Assembly (NCBI GenBank): GCA_963832745.1
Contig: CAWHVC010000004.1
Span: forward strand, 128,001 to 192,000
Length of the DNA: 64,000 bases
Source of the DNA: Candidatus Bathyarchaeota archaeon
GTDB taxonomy: Archaea > Thermoproteota > Bathyarchaeia > Bathyarchaeales > Bathycorpusculaceae
Reading direction: 5' to 3'
Shown piece after piece: positions 1 through 9,729 of this stretch; positions within the stretch are counted from its first letter, which is position 1; every line of letters starts with the position of its first letter. Both the position numbers and the translations under genes were made by a program. Under the pieces are notes generated by a model, which saw only the letters and a program-made list of their open reading frames with translations, did not search any database and was not told where the DNA came from.

Positions 1-1
1 T

Positions 2-235
2 ATGTTATCATGGCTTTATGCGAGCAAAAATCATAGGCTTGTAGACAAGAGTTTGCCTCAAGAAACCATAAAAACCATATTGATGCGCAGTGCAATTGCC
101 CCAATCATATTTTTTGCTTCAATTGGTTTCTCTTTCATAAATCCATACGCTGCTTATGTTACCTGGATTGTTCTTATGCCCGTTTTTGTTATTGTAACGC
201 AGTTGGGACGAAAAAACAAAAAGAAACGTGCATAA
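2..235 (+). CDS. 3' end of a membrane protein, probably TMEM175/DUF1211 family (partial)
   Basis: Open frame from the window edge. The WLYASKNHRL segment followed by two hydrophobic helices resembles TMEM175 C-termini. Confidence 0.5.
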   Translation: MLSWLYASKNHRLVDKSLPQETIKTILMRSAIAPIIFFASIGFSFINPYAAYVTWIVLMPVFVIVTQLGRKNKKKRA

Positions 236-468
236 TCCTACTTACTTAAACCCTTTTTTGGCTACTCAAAAACTAAGTTATTTCACACTAACTCGTATCA
301 CTTAATCTTAAATAGAGCCTGCTTTTAATGCCCTTTTTTTAAGTGCTGGCACGCTAAACATATGAAAAACAGGCATAGTTGCCATCACTAAGACTCTTCA
401 TAAGATATTCACTTAACGCCCTTTTATTAGAATAACCAGCTTTAAGTTGCAGCACATGCGATATTTAC

Positions 469-1809
469 TTGATGACACAAGCAAAGCAAGAAGACAAAAC
501 TCAACGCCTAACTCGTTTCCATTACAGTCTCTTAGCATTAGGCAGTTTCATCTACGCTTTTACAGCAATGAACGTTTTACTCATCGCCACCGTGTTAACA
601 CCCATAATCTCAGAGTTCGGTTTAGCCAATCAGCCTCTGGTTTCCGGATTACTTTTGAGTGCTGGCTACATAGGAATGTTTGTTGGTGCATTAACCTGCG
701 GCATACTCGCCGACCGAATCGGCAGAAAAAAAACTCTAATCTTTACCATCACAATGATGACTACTTTTACCGCACTTAACGCAGTCGCCCCCGACCCGTT
801 AACCATGGGAATCCTACGTTTCTTCGCCGGAATAGGCTTAGGAGGAGCTCTACCTCAACCTGGCGTTTACATTTCAGAATACGTTCCAGCAAAATATCGA
901 GGCCGCATCTTAGGCTTAGTAGAAGCATCATGGGTTTACGGCGCATTGCTCTCACTGGTCTTCCCCTTTATCCTCTACCCCCTAATCGGTTGGCGCCCCA
1001 CCTTCTTAGTAGCGTTAATACCGCTCGTCTTGCTGCCAATCGTGCATTTTTATGCACCCGAATCCATCCGTTTTCTACTCTACAAAGGAAAAACAGTGCA
1101 AGCACAAAAATTGGTTTCAAAGCATAACCTTTGCATCGAGGAATTCAAAGAACAACAAGGGGAAACCAAAGCCAAAAACGGTTTCAAGTACGCATTAAGC
1201 GAAATTTGGTCAAAACAGTTCAGAAAGCGAACAATTATGCTCTGGATAGCTTGGGGCGTATTAGTCTATAGTTATCATGGCATTTTCACTTGGCTTCCAA
1301 CTTTTTATGCATCCTCATTAGACTTGACAGTTGTTAGATCAATTCAATGGGTGCTTATCGTCACTTTGGCACAAGTGCCCGGATACTACACTGCAGCGTT
1401 GCTGCTAGATAAAGTGGGAAGAAAAAAGATCGCTGTTACATACTTGTTGTTTGCTGGAATTGCAAGTGCACTTCTGGGTTTAGCGGTGGGTCTGGAAAGC
1501 ATTTTGTTTTGGAGTATCGTTATTTCTTTTTTCAATTTGGGCGCTTGGTCAGCTCTGTATGCTTACACGCCTGAATTGTATCCTACAAGAATTAGGGGAA
1601 CTGCTTCGGGCGCCGCCGCCAGTATGGGACGCTTGGCAGGAGTTATAGCGCCCACAGCAACACCGCTACTATACTACTATGGAGGCTTACCGGCTGCTTT
1701 TACGGTTTTTGCCCTTGTCCAGCTTATGGGTGCACTGGTGATTTTGGTTCTTGGTGTGGAAACAAAGGGAAAAACCTTAGAGGAAACCTGCAAACCCGCT
1801 ACGTCTTAA
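469..1809 (+). CDS. MFS transporter (sugar porter/aromatic acid-like)
   Basis: 446 aa, about 12 hydrophobic segments, motif A GILADRIGRKK and its repeat LLDKVGRKK, ELYPTRIRG, VETKGKTLEE. Confidence 0.92.
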   Translation: MMTQAKQEDKTQRLTRFHYSLLALGSFIYAFTAMNVLLIATVLTPIISEFGLANQPLVSGLLLSAGYIGMFVGALTCGILADRIGRKKTLIFTITMMTTFTALNAVAPDPLTMGILRFFAGIGLGGALPQPGVYISEYVPAKYRGRILGLVEASWVYGALLSLVFPFILYPLIGWRPTFLVALIPLVLLPIVHFYAPESIRFLLYKGKTVQAQKLVSKHNLCIEEFKEQQGETKAKNGFKYALSEIWSKQFRKRTIMLWIAWGVLVYSYHGIFTWLPTFYASSLDLTVVRSIQWVLIVTLAQVPGYYTAALLLDKVGRKKIAVTYLLFAGIASALLGLAVGLESILFWSIVISFFNLGAWSALYAYTPELYPTRIRGTASGAAASMGRLAGVIAPTATPLLYYYGGLPAAFTVFALVQLMGALVILVLGVETKGKTLEETCKPATS

Positions 1810-1996
1810 CAAAGCTTTAACAGTAAACAATCAAAAAAGAAACGCAATTTTTTTTCTCCTTCTCTTTTGATCATCCAAAACAAAAAAATTTTCGTTGATT
1901 GTTTGTGTGTTTTGTTGTACCTGACTTGAGCCACATCACGCTATGTACCTGCAAAGCAGTTCCTTAAACTTCATAAACAGGAGAAAACAACAAAAA

Positions 1997-4432
1997 ATGA
2001 AAAACAAAAATGTTACAAGTAAAATAATGTTTGGAATTACTTTGACAGTGCTTTTTGCATTATCGACAATTTTTGCTACGATACCTATTAACGCTGCCGA
2101 TACAGAAGTAGAAGTTGAAACAGTCGCTTACCTAAGCTTCAGACCAAATCCCGTTGGACTAGATCAAACTTTCTTGGTCAACATATGGGTTACACCCGCA
2201 ACACATGTACAAAGAAACCTTACTGGTTATACAGTAATTATTACAAAGCCCGATGGAACAGTTGACAAAGTTGGTCCCTTAACCTCCTATGATGGCGACG
2301 CAACTGCATGGTTTGAATACGTAGCTGATCAGGTTGGAACTTGGACGCTACAATTCACTTTTGAGGGCTGCCATTGCCCGTCATTTAATACTACCGCTAG
2401 CATGTTTAGCACTGCTGGAACGTTACCTGCTGCTTACTATAAACCATCAGAGTCAAAAGAGATGACATTAGTTGTGCAAGAAGAGCAAGTTAATTCATGG
2501 CCCGCTTCCGCATTGCCAACAGACTATTGGACAAGACCCGTATCACCAGATAATCGTGAATGGGCTACAATCCTTGGCAATTATCCTTATTCAGGATACT
2601 TGACTAATCCACCCGAAGATACAAACTCTTATGCAAGCAATTATAAATTCACACCTTATGTTCAAGGACCCGAAACTTCTCACGTAGTATGGAAACGACT
2701 AGGTGCGTTATCAGGAATCATCGGTGGAGACTATGGAGCAACAATGGTTGGTTCAGGTGAGGGCACATACGCAGGTACTCCAAGTATAATCTATCAAGGA
2801 CGATGTTACCAATCTGTAACAGCCGCTGGAGGCGAAGATGTCCTACAATGCTATGATTTACGAACAGGCGAAATCTACTGGGAAATTAACAATCCTCTGC
2901 CTGGGTCTTCTTCAGTGTTTGGTTACACGCCAGGTTCTCTAACGGGAATATCAATAAGCGATGGAGCCGAAGTTGTACCCGGCGCAACCGAATCAGCAGT
3001 TGGACAAAGCATATCCTTAATCTATGTAGGTTCAAACCGTCTGGTAAAACTCAATGCATACACTGGAGCAATAACCCTAGATATAACTGCCTTATCAGGG
3101 ACTTACTATAGAGACCCCTATGTCTTAAGCGTACAAAACTTAGGTTCAGGCAATTACCGCTTGATAAATTGGACAACAGCCGGAACTAGCACTGATTTCG
3201 CAAGCAGAATACTTAGCAACACAAGTTATCCATTCAGTAGCTTGGGCGTTTGCGACTATGAAACCGGCATTGCTGTCTCGGCTGCTTCAGTGACACCCGC
3301 CAATTTAGGCGCTTTCTCTGGTTCAAGAATAATGGCTGCTAGTCTAGTAACAGGACAACTACTCTGGAATATTACCGATACAGACACTATTTACAGCACA
3401 AGTACAGCAGTTGCTGATCACGGAAAATTCGCAGTATGCATGTTTGATCGTCATTGGGATTGCTATTCTCTTACAGATGGTAGTAAACTATGGGAAAGTG
3501 AAACAGCAGAATATCCCTGGGGATTCGCTTGGGCTTATAGCGTCGCTTCAGCATACGGTAGCATCTATGGCATGTCATATAATGGTATATACGCTTTCGA
3601 CTGGGACACTGGAGACATAGTCTGGCATTTTGAAGCCCCCGCTAATCCATATGAAACACCATACATTGATGGCAACGGCTCTACTGTATACTCCTTTATG
3701 AGTACACCAGTTGTTGCCGACGGAAAAATATACGTAGGCAATGGAGAGCACTCACCCACTTCGCCAATTACTAGAGGATGGAGATTATTCTGCATTAATG
3801 CAACTACAGGAGAAGGCATATGGAACATTACCGGTGGCATGGCGGCTGGAGCAATCGCAGACGGCTATATAACAGCAGATAATCGCTATGACGGCTACAT
3901 GTATGTCTTCGGTAAAGGTCAAACTGAAACTACAATCTCAGTACCACAAGTAGCTATAACATCCGGAGCTAGCGCAATAATTTCAGGCACAGTCTTAGAC
4001 ATGTCTCCAGCTCAAGAAGGCACAGCATGCGTATCAGCAGAGTCAATGACTGAATGGATGGAGTACCTACACATGCAACATAATATACCAGCTAACGCAG
4101 TAGGTATTCCAGTATCTATTGATGCAGTTGACCCTAACGGCAATGCAGTCCATATCGGCGACGCAGTCAGCGACATAAGCGGCACATTTAGCTACACTTG
4201 GACTCCAACCATTGAAGGCGACTACAAAATTACCGCCACTTTCATGGGTGACAACTCTTATGGTAGCAGTTGGGCAGAAACACACGCAACAGTCGTTGAC
4301 GCATCGGCAACTTCACCTCCAGCAGAAACAACCATAACTATGCCGCCTTTTGAGCTTTACACAATAGGTTCAGCTGTAGCTGTAATTGCTGCAATCGCCA
4401 TAGCGGTGCTGCTGCTTAGAAAGAAACCTTAA
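1997..4432 (+). CDS. Secreted, C-terminally anchored PQQ-like beta-propeller repeat protein (copy 1)
   Basis: Signal peptide after ATG 1997 (AGGAG upstream). Repeated propeller motifs (CYDLRTGEIYW, AFDWDTGDIVW, CINATTGEGIW). C-terminal TM helix and RKKP tail. Confidence 0.85.
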   Translation: MKNKNVTSKIMFGITLTVLFALSTIFATIPINAADTEVEVETVAYLSFRPNPVGLDQTFLVNIWVTPATHVQRNLTGYTVIITKPDGTVDKVGPLTSYDGDATAWFEYVADQVGTWTLQFTFEGCHCPSFNTTASMFSTAGTLPAAYYKPSESKEMTLVVQEEQVNSWPASALPTDYWTRPVSPDNREWATILGNYPYSGYLTNPPEDTNSYASNYKFTPYVQGPETSHVVWKRLGALSGIIGGDYGATMVGSGEGTYAGTPSIIYQGRCYQSVTAAGGEDVLQCYDLRTGEIYWEINNPLPGSSSVFGYTPGSLTGISISDGAEVVPGATESAVGQSISLIYVGSNRLVKLNAYTGAITLDITALSGTYYRDPYVLSVQNLGSGNYRLINWTTAGTSTDFASRILSNTSYPFSSLGVCDYETGIAVSAASVTPANLGAFSGSRIMAASLVTGQLLWNITDTDTIYSTSTAVADHGKFAVCMFDRHWDCYSLTDGSKLWESETAEYPWGFAWAYSVASAYGSIYGMSYNGIYAFDWDTGDIVWHFEAPANPYETPYIDGNGSTVYSFMSTPVVADGKIYVGNGEHSPTSPITRGWRLFCINATTGEGIWNITGGMAAGAIADGYITADNRYDGYMYVFGKGQTETTISVPQVAITSGASAIISGTVLDMSPAQEGTACVSAESMTEWMEYLHMQHNIPANAVGIPVSIDAVDPNGNAVHIGDAVSDISGTFSYTWTPTIEGDYKITATFMGDNSYGSSWAETHATVVDASATSPPAETTITMPPFELYTIGSAVAVIAAIAIAVLLLRKKP

Positions 4433-4450
4433 CAATACAAAACTCTGCAT

Positions 4451-4469
4451 TCCCTCTTTTCCTTTTTTT
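4451..4469 (+). terminator. Pyrimidine/oligo-T tract, probable archaeal terminator
   Basis: tccctcttttccttttttt about 20 nt after the stop codon. Equivalent tracts follow copies 2 and 3. Confidence 0.5.
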
Positions 4470-4507
4470 GGGCTGAATGTGCTTTACACGCGTTAGATCT
4501 CACAATA

Positions 4508-4535
4508 TTTGGGTTTAACTCTCCTTAACCCTAGT
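4508..4535. other. dif-like candidate tyrosine-recombinase site (11-6-11), copy 1
   Basis: TTTGGGTTTAA-CTCTCC-TTAACCCTAGT: imperfect inverted arms with inner TAA/TTA and a 6-bp spacer. Identical at 9403-9430. Confidence 0.45.
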
Positions 4536-4607
4536 GTAAGCACCAGCAAACCAAACGATTGCAATTTCCTTGAAAAAAATGGCAAGCCAAAAATGAATAA
4601 ATTATGC

Positions 4608-4751
4608 TTAAGCTGGCTCAAGCGAGACATCCCTAACATCCTTTCGAGGCTTGGTTTTTCGCCCCACGTCAACGCCAGAACCAGGTTGGAGATTTGTATG
4701 CGTTGCCTTTTTACAGTGTTGTTTTAAGGTTACTTTTTGAGTTAACGGCAA
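4608..4751 (-). pseudogene. Decayed copy of the tandem-AbrB gene (intact copy at 20225-20503)
   Basis: Minus strand reads TTG CCG TTA ACT CAA AAA GTA ACC (MPLTQKVT) ... EKPSLE ... DVSLEPA-stop, versus MPLTEKVT ... EKTSVE ... NVTLEPA-stop. Contains frameshifts, an in-frame TAA and an internal deletion. Confidence 0.88.
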
Positions 4752-4768
4752 ATTTGTTCCTCGCTATA

Positions 4769-4812
4769 TGACTTTATCTGACTGTGGCTGACTTGTATTG
4801 ACGTTTTGAGAC
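4769..4812 (-). promoter_or_regulatory. 10-bp periodic GTCA direct-repeat array (5 units) upstream of the AbrB-like pseudogene
   Basis: Plus strand TGAC at 4769, 4779, 4789, 4799 and AGAC at 4809. Confidence 0.75.
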
Positions 4813-5197
4813 GCAGCCTGCAACAGGTTTTAAGCTTTGTTTTTAAAAAGCGACCCAAAACAAAGTCATTCAAAACAAAAATAGTTGTGTTTTACTTCTA
4901 AAGGTAGTTGTATTTAAGGGTCTTAGCGACGACTGCTTCTGAGTGTTCTTAGATAAAGAAGCGCTAAAAGATTTGTTGTTATTCTTGTTTTAAAAGCTGG
5001 CATGTTAAAGGGTATTTGTTATAATATGTTATGGGCGTAGTTTGTGTGTCTTCCTAAGAGGCCTCTGACGGCATCTTTTACGGCATTGATACGATAACGT
5101 AGCTGGCTTCTTTTGATTCGAATAGTTTCTCAAATTTATCTACAATTCTGGGGCAAATTTATTTTTTATATTATATATGCATTTGAACTCGTTCTGT

Positions 5198-5782
5198 TTA
5201 GACAATTTTGTTGGAAACTTTCAAGTTTTTATTCACTGTTTTGGCTATCAAATAACCTGTCGGAACAGTGTAAAGCACAAGTACTGCATCAAAAACCAAT
5301 AAAGCAGGTATCAGTGCAATTATGTATTCGTCAGAAAAACTTTGACCGACTATTATCGGCATTATATATTTATACATAAAAAAACTTACAAAAGGCGTTA
5401 TTGCGAACCTGAATGCAATTGCTGAAGAGGTTAAATAAACAACAGATTTAATTCTGAACTCCTGCATTTGAGTAGTCCTGAGAGTTCTACCGGTAAGCAT
5501 TTGCGCTAAAGAGACTCCGACTATAATAGTTGACATTTCAATAAGATTCCATATAGGGAAAAGAAATCCCAAAGCTCTCGGAAAAATTAATGCTTGCCCA
5601 AAAGCAGTTAACACTGCAACTGAAAAACCAAGTCTATAACCGAAAAGTAAAACGACAATTACTATCGGAATTTCCCAAAAATAGAATTGAATTGGCGCGA
5701 ATAATGCAGGTATTCTAACTTGGTCTAAAGATATGGCAATTGAACTAAAGACGCTGCATAACGCAATCTCTTTTGTGTTCAT
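5198..5782 (-). CDS. ECF transporter S-component-like membrane protein
   Basis: 194 aa, 5-6 TM segments. The N-terminus MNTKEIALCSVFSSIAISL followed by IP...F..WEIPIV..LLFG fits S components. Confidence 0.65.
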   Translation of the reverse strand: MNTKEIALCSVFSSIAISLDQVRIPALFAPIQFYFWEIPIVIVVLLFGYRLGFSVAVLTAFGQALIFPRALGFLFPIWNLIEMSTIIVGVSLAQMLTGRTLRTTQMQEFRIKSVVYLTSSAIAFRFAITPFVSFFMYKYIMPIIVGQSFSDEYIIALIPALLVFDAVLVLYTVPTGYLIAKTVNKNLKVSNKIV

Positions 5783-5860
5783 AGTTTAATATTAGCAAAA
5801 GTTTTTATTATAAAACTAACTATTTAGTCGAGAAAATAACCTTAACCTTAATTTTCTTTT

Positions 5861-6640
5861 TTAAATTTCTTTTAAATTCCAATATTTTTCGAAGTAAGTA
5901 CTGCTTAAATCTACTACCCCTGGATCATTTGACCAGTAAAAAGAAGCCTTAGTAAAAACGTTACTCGGTAAAGTATTAATCAAGGTGTCTTTACTGTCAA
6001 TTATGCCAATACCTGCCTTAATTTTTTCGGAAATAAATTTTACTTTAAAATTTTTATTTTTTTCGAAATTTTTTAAATCTTTTACATTAACTCTTACAGC
6101 ACTATAAGCTACAATCACACGAACTTTGACATTTTTTGCTAAAAGCTTTTTCAAGATTGGATGGAAATCTTCCCACCAACCTGGAAACACTGATTTTCTT
6201 ATCATTGTATCTAAGCTTATTCGGGTTGCTAGCACTTTCTTTCTAGAAAATATGGCAAGATGCTCTTTTCCAAAAATTGAAATAAGTTGAGGCTCTTTTT
6301 TGTTCTCTTCTTTGGATTTATTTTTTATTTGCGCTACTAATTCATCTGCTCTTACTTTTGTTTCATATGCTTCTTTGTTTCTTCGCTCCAATAATATTTT
6401 GACTGCTATATCTATCGGAAATGCCTCAAATTCACTTGGAAAAGAAATTGTTTTCGTAATCAACCCCATTCTTTGAAGCTTAGGTGCCGTTCGGTAAACA
6501 ACTTCTCTAGCAAGGTTTGCGGATTTGGCGATTTGTGTTACAGCGGAAGGCTTTGATTTAACTAGTGCAAGGTAAATTTTTGACTGGTTTATGGTTAGTC
6601 CTAGTTTAGTTAAGGATTCAACTTGATCTGGGGTATCCAT
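5861..6640 (-). CDS. TrmB family transcriptional regulator
   Basis: N-terminal LTKLGLT..QSKIYLAL wHTH and a C-terminal PLD-like effector domain (IIDSKDTLI, YFEKYW). Confidence 0.88.
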   Translation of the reverse strand: MDTPDQVESLTKLGLTINQSKIYLALVKSKPSAVTQIAKSANLAREVVYRTAPKLQRMGLITKTISFPSEFEAFPIDIAVKILLERRNKEAYETKVRADELVAQIKNKSKEENKKEPQLISIFGKEHLAIFSRKKVLATRISLDTMIRKSVFPGWWEDFHPILKKLLAKNVKVRVIVAYSAVRVNVKDLKNFEKNKNFKVKFISEKIKAGIGIIDSKDTLINTLPSNVFTKASFYWSNDPGVVDLSSTYFEKYWNLKEI

Positions 6641-6697
6641 TGTGTTTTTCTTCTTTGTTTTTGGATTTGTTGTTGCTAGATGGTAATTATCAGTTGT

Positions 6698-6714
6698 GAC
6701 TGTAGCCCTCAGTC
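6698..6714. promoter_or_regulatory. Palindrome GACTG-N7-CAGTC, candidate TrmB operator
   Basis: Perfect 5-7-5 inverted repeat between the divergent trmB and beta-propeller genes. Confidence 0.35.
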
Positions 6715-6784
6715 CTAATTTGTTATTACCGCTTAACGTTTGTATGCTAAGATATATATATTAAAAAATGGAGAAAAAAACGGA

Positions 6785-9331
6785 ATGAGTTATAATTTTA
6801 AGAAATTTAAAACAAATTCGTTTGCAATCGTATTAGTTCTATTAATGGCTTCTATTACGCTTTTAGAAATGCCAGTCAACCAAGTCCAAGCGCAAGTAGA
6901 GGGCGGGTCACCATCCGGTCTTCCAGGCGGTTCAGTGTATCCCCTGCCCTCTGATGCCACCCCCGATTACACAGTAACCACATATGCCTACCTAAGCGCC
7001 CGACCCAACCCAATAGGGGTTGGTCAAAGCTTGCTGATTAACATATGGCTTACCCCCGCATGTCATGTAGCCAACTACTTTACAGGATACAAAGTAATAA
7101 TTATAACACCATCTGGAGAAGAAGAAACTACAACTCTTAATTCTTATGCCGGAGATGCCACAGCATGGTTTGAATACATTCCAACACAAAACGGTACATA
7201 CAAGTTCAAATTTGACTTTCCAGGCGGATACTTCCCAGCAGGAACCTACTACATAAATCCAGGAGCAGCTTTTTCTGGCGGTTCAACAATCAACATGACA
7301 GAATCAAGATGGTACAAACCCAGCTCATCTCCAGTAACCGAAGTTGTCGTGCAAGATGAAATGGTAGCTTCTTGGCCTCCAGCACCGCTTCCAACTGATT
7401 ATTGGACAAGACCAGTGTATATGCAGAACAGAGAATGGTATTCAATAATGGGCAACTACCCATGGAGTGGCAGCGGTGAAGGATGGCCTGATTGGCCAGC
7501 TGACACGAATTACTACAAAGGCAATACAAAGTATAATGCCTGGGTTGTAGCGCCAAACACAGCCCACATTGTGTGGAGACGACAAGATGCTATTTCAGGA
7601 ATCATCGGAGCTGAAGCAGGAATCGTTTACTCAACGCAAGGTGGGGCTGGAGCAGTGCCAAGCGGTGATACTCCAAGTGTAATATACGCTGGAAGATGCT
7701 ACGACACAAGAACGATATATATGAACAACGGATCATGGGTAAGTTGTGCGGTATGTTACGACCTACGCACTGGAGAAATGTATTATGCAATACCAGGTGG
7801 CACCTCGCCTTCATATGTTACATATGCTTCATCATATTCGACAATAGCCGGTATGGCAGCAGTACCTGGCGGAGAAGCTGGTGCAGGCACTATAGTAGAG
7901 CTTTTGACAATTTCCAACAATAGACTGCTAAAAATTGATCCATGGACTGGAGCTATAACGACTAACGTGACAGCAATGTCCGGAACTGTTATCGGCGAAA
8001 GTGTAATAAGTCTACAGACAAATAACACAGCTACAGGCCCTATGTTAATAAATTGGACTACACATGGCACTAGTACTAATTTTACCTCAAGAATAACGGA
8101 AAACAGATCGGTTGCATTTAGCAGTATTCCCTCTTCAGTAGATTGGCAAGCAGGCTTATTTGCCTCTGCGACAACGCTACAATACAATGGTGCACTATAT
8201 GGCGTTCAGATAACTGGTTATTCATTAAAAACAGGGCAAATGACATGCAATTTCACAGACGAAGACTATGTACCATACACCACAGCCACAGCCGCTGTTG
8301 ACCACGGAAAAATCGCTATACTCATGCAGGATGGTTATGCTGTTTGTTATGATTTGACAACCGGAAAAAGAGCGTGGGTCAGTCAGCATACATACGATGT
8401 CGGAGGTTATCCATGGGGTATCTGGGGTACCTATGATTCAGCTTCCTATGGCGGTAACTATATCGTATCTCTCTATGATGGCATTTACGCTTTCAATTGG
8501 TCAACTGGTAAAATCTCTTGGGTATACAAGGATCCGAGCATTCCATTCGAGACTCCCTATGCAGGATATGATCCATTAATGTCTTCTGTTAGTATAGCAG
8601 ACGGAAAGATTTACGCCTATAACAGTGAACACACACAAAGCCAACCTTTCACTAGAGGATGGAAGCTCCATTGCATTAACGCTACTACAGGTGATGGCAT
8701 ATGGAACATCAATGGACCTTTGACTCCAGGTGCGATGGCAGACGGTTACCTAACCGCAGCAGGTAACGATGGCTATATGTATGTATTCGGCAAAGGGCAG
8801 AGCAAAACAACAATCTCAGCACCTCAAACAGCCATAACTCAAGGACAAAGCATCCTAATAGCAGGCACAGTTTTAGATCAATCACCAGCCCAACCCGACA
8901 CACCATGCGTATCTAAAGATTCAATGGCAACATACATGGAATACCTGCACATGCAAATGCCGATCGACGGAATACTCCATAACGCAACGGTAACTGGCGT
9001 CTCAATATCCATCGACGCTGTTGATCCAAACGGGAACTACATACACATCGGCGACGTTACATCTGACGGCTATAGCGGCACGTTCGGCTACACATGGCAA
9101 CCTGAAATTTCTGGACAGTATACTGTTACGGCTACCTTTATGGGCGACGACTCTTATGGCAGTTCGTTTGCAACAACATATGTGGACGTTACTGAAGCTC
9201 CAGCAATATCGCTAACACCAACTCAGACAGCAATAACTATGCCACCATTCGAACTTTACACGATCGGTTCAGTCATAGCCATAATCTTTGCAATCGCCGT
9301 CGCAGTACTATTGCTTAGAAAGAAACCCTAA
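6785..9331 (+). CDS. Secreted PQQ-like beta-propeller repeat protein (copy 2)
   Basis: Paralogue of copy 1 (RPNPIGVGQ, LPTDYWTRPV, MEYLHMQ, F.GDDSYGSS). Signal peptide after ATG 6785; TM plus RKKP tail. Confidence 0.85.
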   Translation: MSYNFKKFKTNSFAIVLVLLMASITLLEMPVNQVQAQVEGGSPSGLPGGSVYPLPSDATPDYTVTTYAYLSARPNPIGVGQSLLINIWLTPACHVANYFTGYKVIIITPSGEEETTTLNSYAGDATAWFEYIPTQNGTYKFKFDFPGGYFPAGTYYINPGAAFSGGSTINMTESRWYKPSSSPVTEVVVQDEMVASWPPAPLPTDYWTRPVYMQNREWYSIMGNYPWSGSGEGWPDWPADTNYYKGNTKYNAWVVAPNTAHIVWRRQDAISGIIGAEAGIVYSTQGGAGAVPSGDTPSVIYAGRCYDTRTIYMNNGSWVSCAVCYDLRTGEMYYAIPGGTSPSYVTYASSYSTIAGMAAVPGGEAGAGTIVELLTISNNRLLKIDPWTGAITTNVTAMSGTVIGESVISLQTNNTATGPMLINWTTHGTSTNFTSRITENRSVAFSSIPSSVDWQAGLFASATTLQYNGALYGVQITGYSLKTGQMTCNFTDEDYVPYTTATAAVDHGKIAILMQDGYAVCYDLTTGKRAWVSQHTYDVGGYPWGIWGTYDSASYGGNYIVSLYDGIYAFNWSTGKISWVYKDPSIPFETPYAGYDPLMSSVSIADGKIYAYNSEHTQSQPFTRGWKLHCINATTGDGIWNINGPLTPGAMADGYLTAAGNDGYMYVFGKGQSKTTISAPQTAITQGQSILIAGTVLDQSPAQPDTPCVSKDSMATYMEYLHMQMPIDGILHNATVTGVSISIDAVDPNGNYIHIGDVTSDGYSGTFGYTWQPEISGQYTVTATFMGDDSYGSSFATTYVDVTEAPAISLTPTQTAITMPPFELYTIGSVIAIIFAIAVAVLLLRKKP

Positions 9332-9402
9332 AAACAAGAAACTGCACCCTTCTTTCTCTTTTTTTGGGCTGAATGTGTTTTACACGCGTTAGATTTACAA
9401 TA

Positions 9403-9430
9403 TTTGGGTTTAACTCTCCTTAACCCTAGT
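9403..9430. other. dif-like candidate tyrosine-recombinase site, copy 2
   Basis: Identical 28-mer to 4508-4535, same orientation, 4895 bp downstream. Confidence 0.45.
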
Positions 9431-9503
9431 GTGAAGCACCAGCAAACCACGATTTCAATCAAAAAAATAAAATTGGCAAGCCAAAAAATAAAATGAATTA
9501 AGC

Positions 9504-9555
9504 TTAAGCTGGCTCAAGCGAGACATCCACAACATACCTCAAGGCTTGGTTTTTC
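9504..9555 (-). pseudogene. 3' remnant of the tandem-AbrB gene
   Basis: Minus strand reads GAA AAA CCA AGC CTT GAG g TAT GTT GTG GAT GTC TCG CTT GAG CCA GCT TAA (EKPSLE/YVVDVSLEPA-stop). Confidence 0.8.
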
Positions 9556-9729
9556 TAAAACAAATTTTTTTAAAATAAATTAACCTGAAAAAATTTGAAT
9601 TATGTAAAAAAACTTCATTACAAATTTACTATCTTGAGGGATATTTTTCTTTTAATGTTGATTTTGTGGAATCTACACTGAATACATTTCAAATATTGAA
9701 TCAATTAAAACATCGTCTTTATTAAAAAT

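Larger units (their letters stand above)
4334..4660. repeat. Direct repeat copy 1 (beta-propeller gene 3' end plus downstream DNA); copy 2 at 9233-9555
   Basis: Alignable by eye throughout. 36 bp are identical (4502-4537 = 9397-9432). Confidence 0.92.
9233..9555. repeat. Direct repeat copy 2 of 4334-4660
   Basis: Direct sequence comparison. Confidence 0.92.

Noticed and set aside
4509-4727. 72-aa plus-strand ORF downstream of beta-propeller copy 1
   Set aside because: It overlaps the dif-like site and the antisense AbrB pseudogene, and the frame is not preserved in the second repeat copy.
5072-5089. CAT CTT TTA CGG CAT TGA (HLLRH-stop), reminiscent of the tyrosine recombinase HxLRH motif
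   Set aside because: Only five residues, flanked by stops, with no other recombinase motif nearby; compatible with chance.
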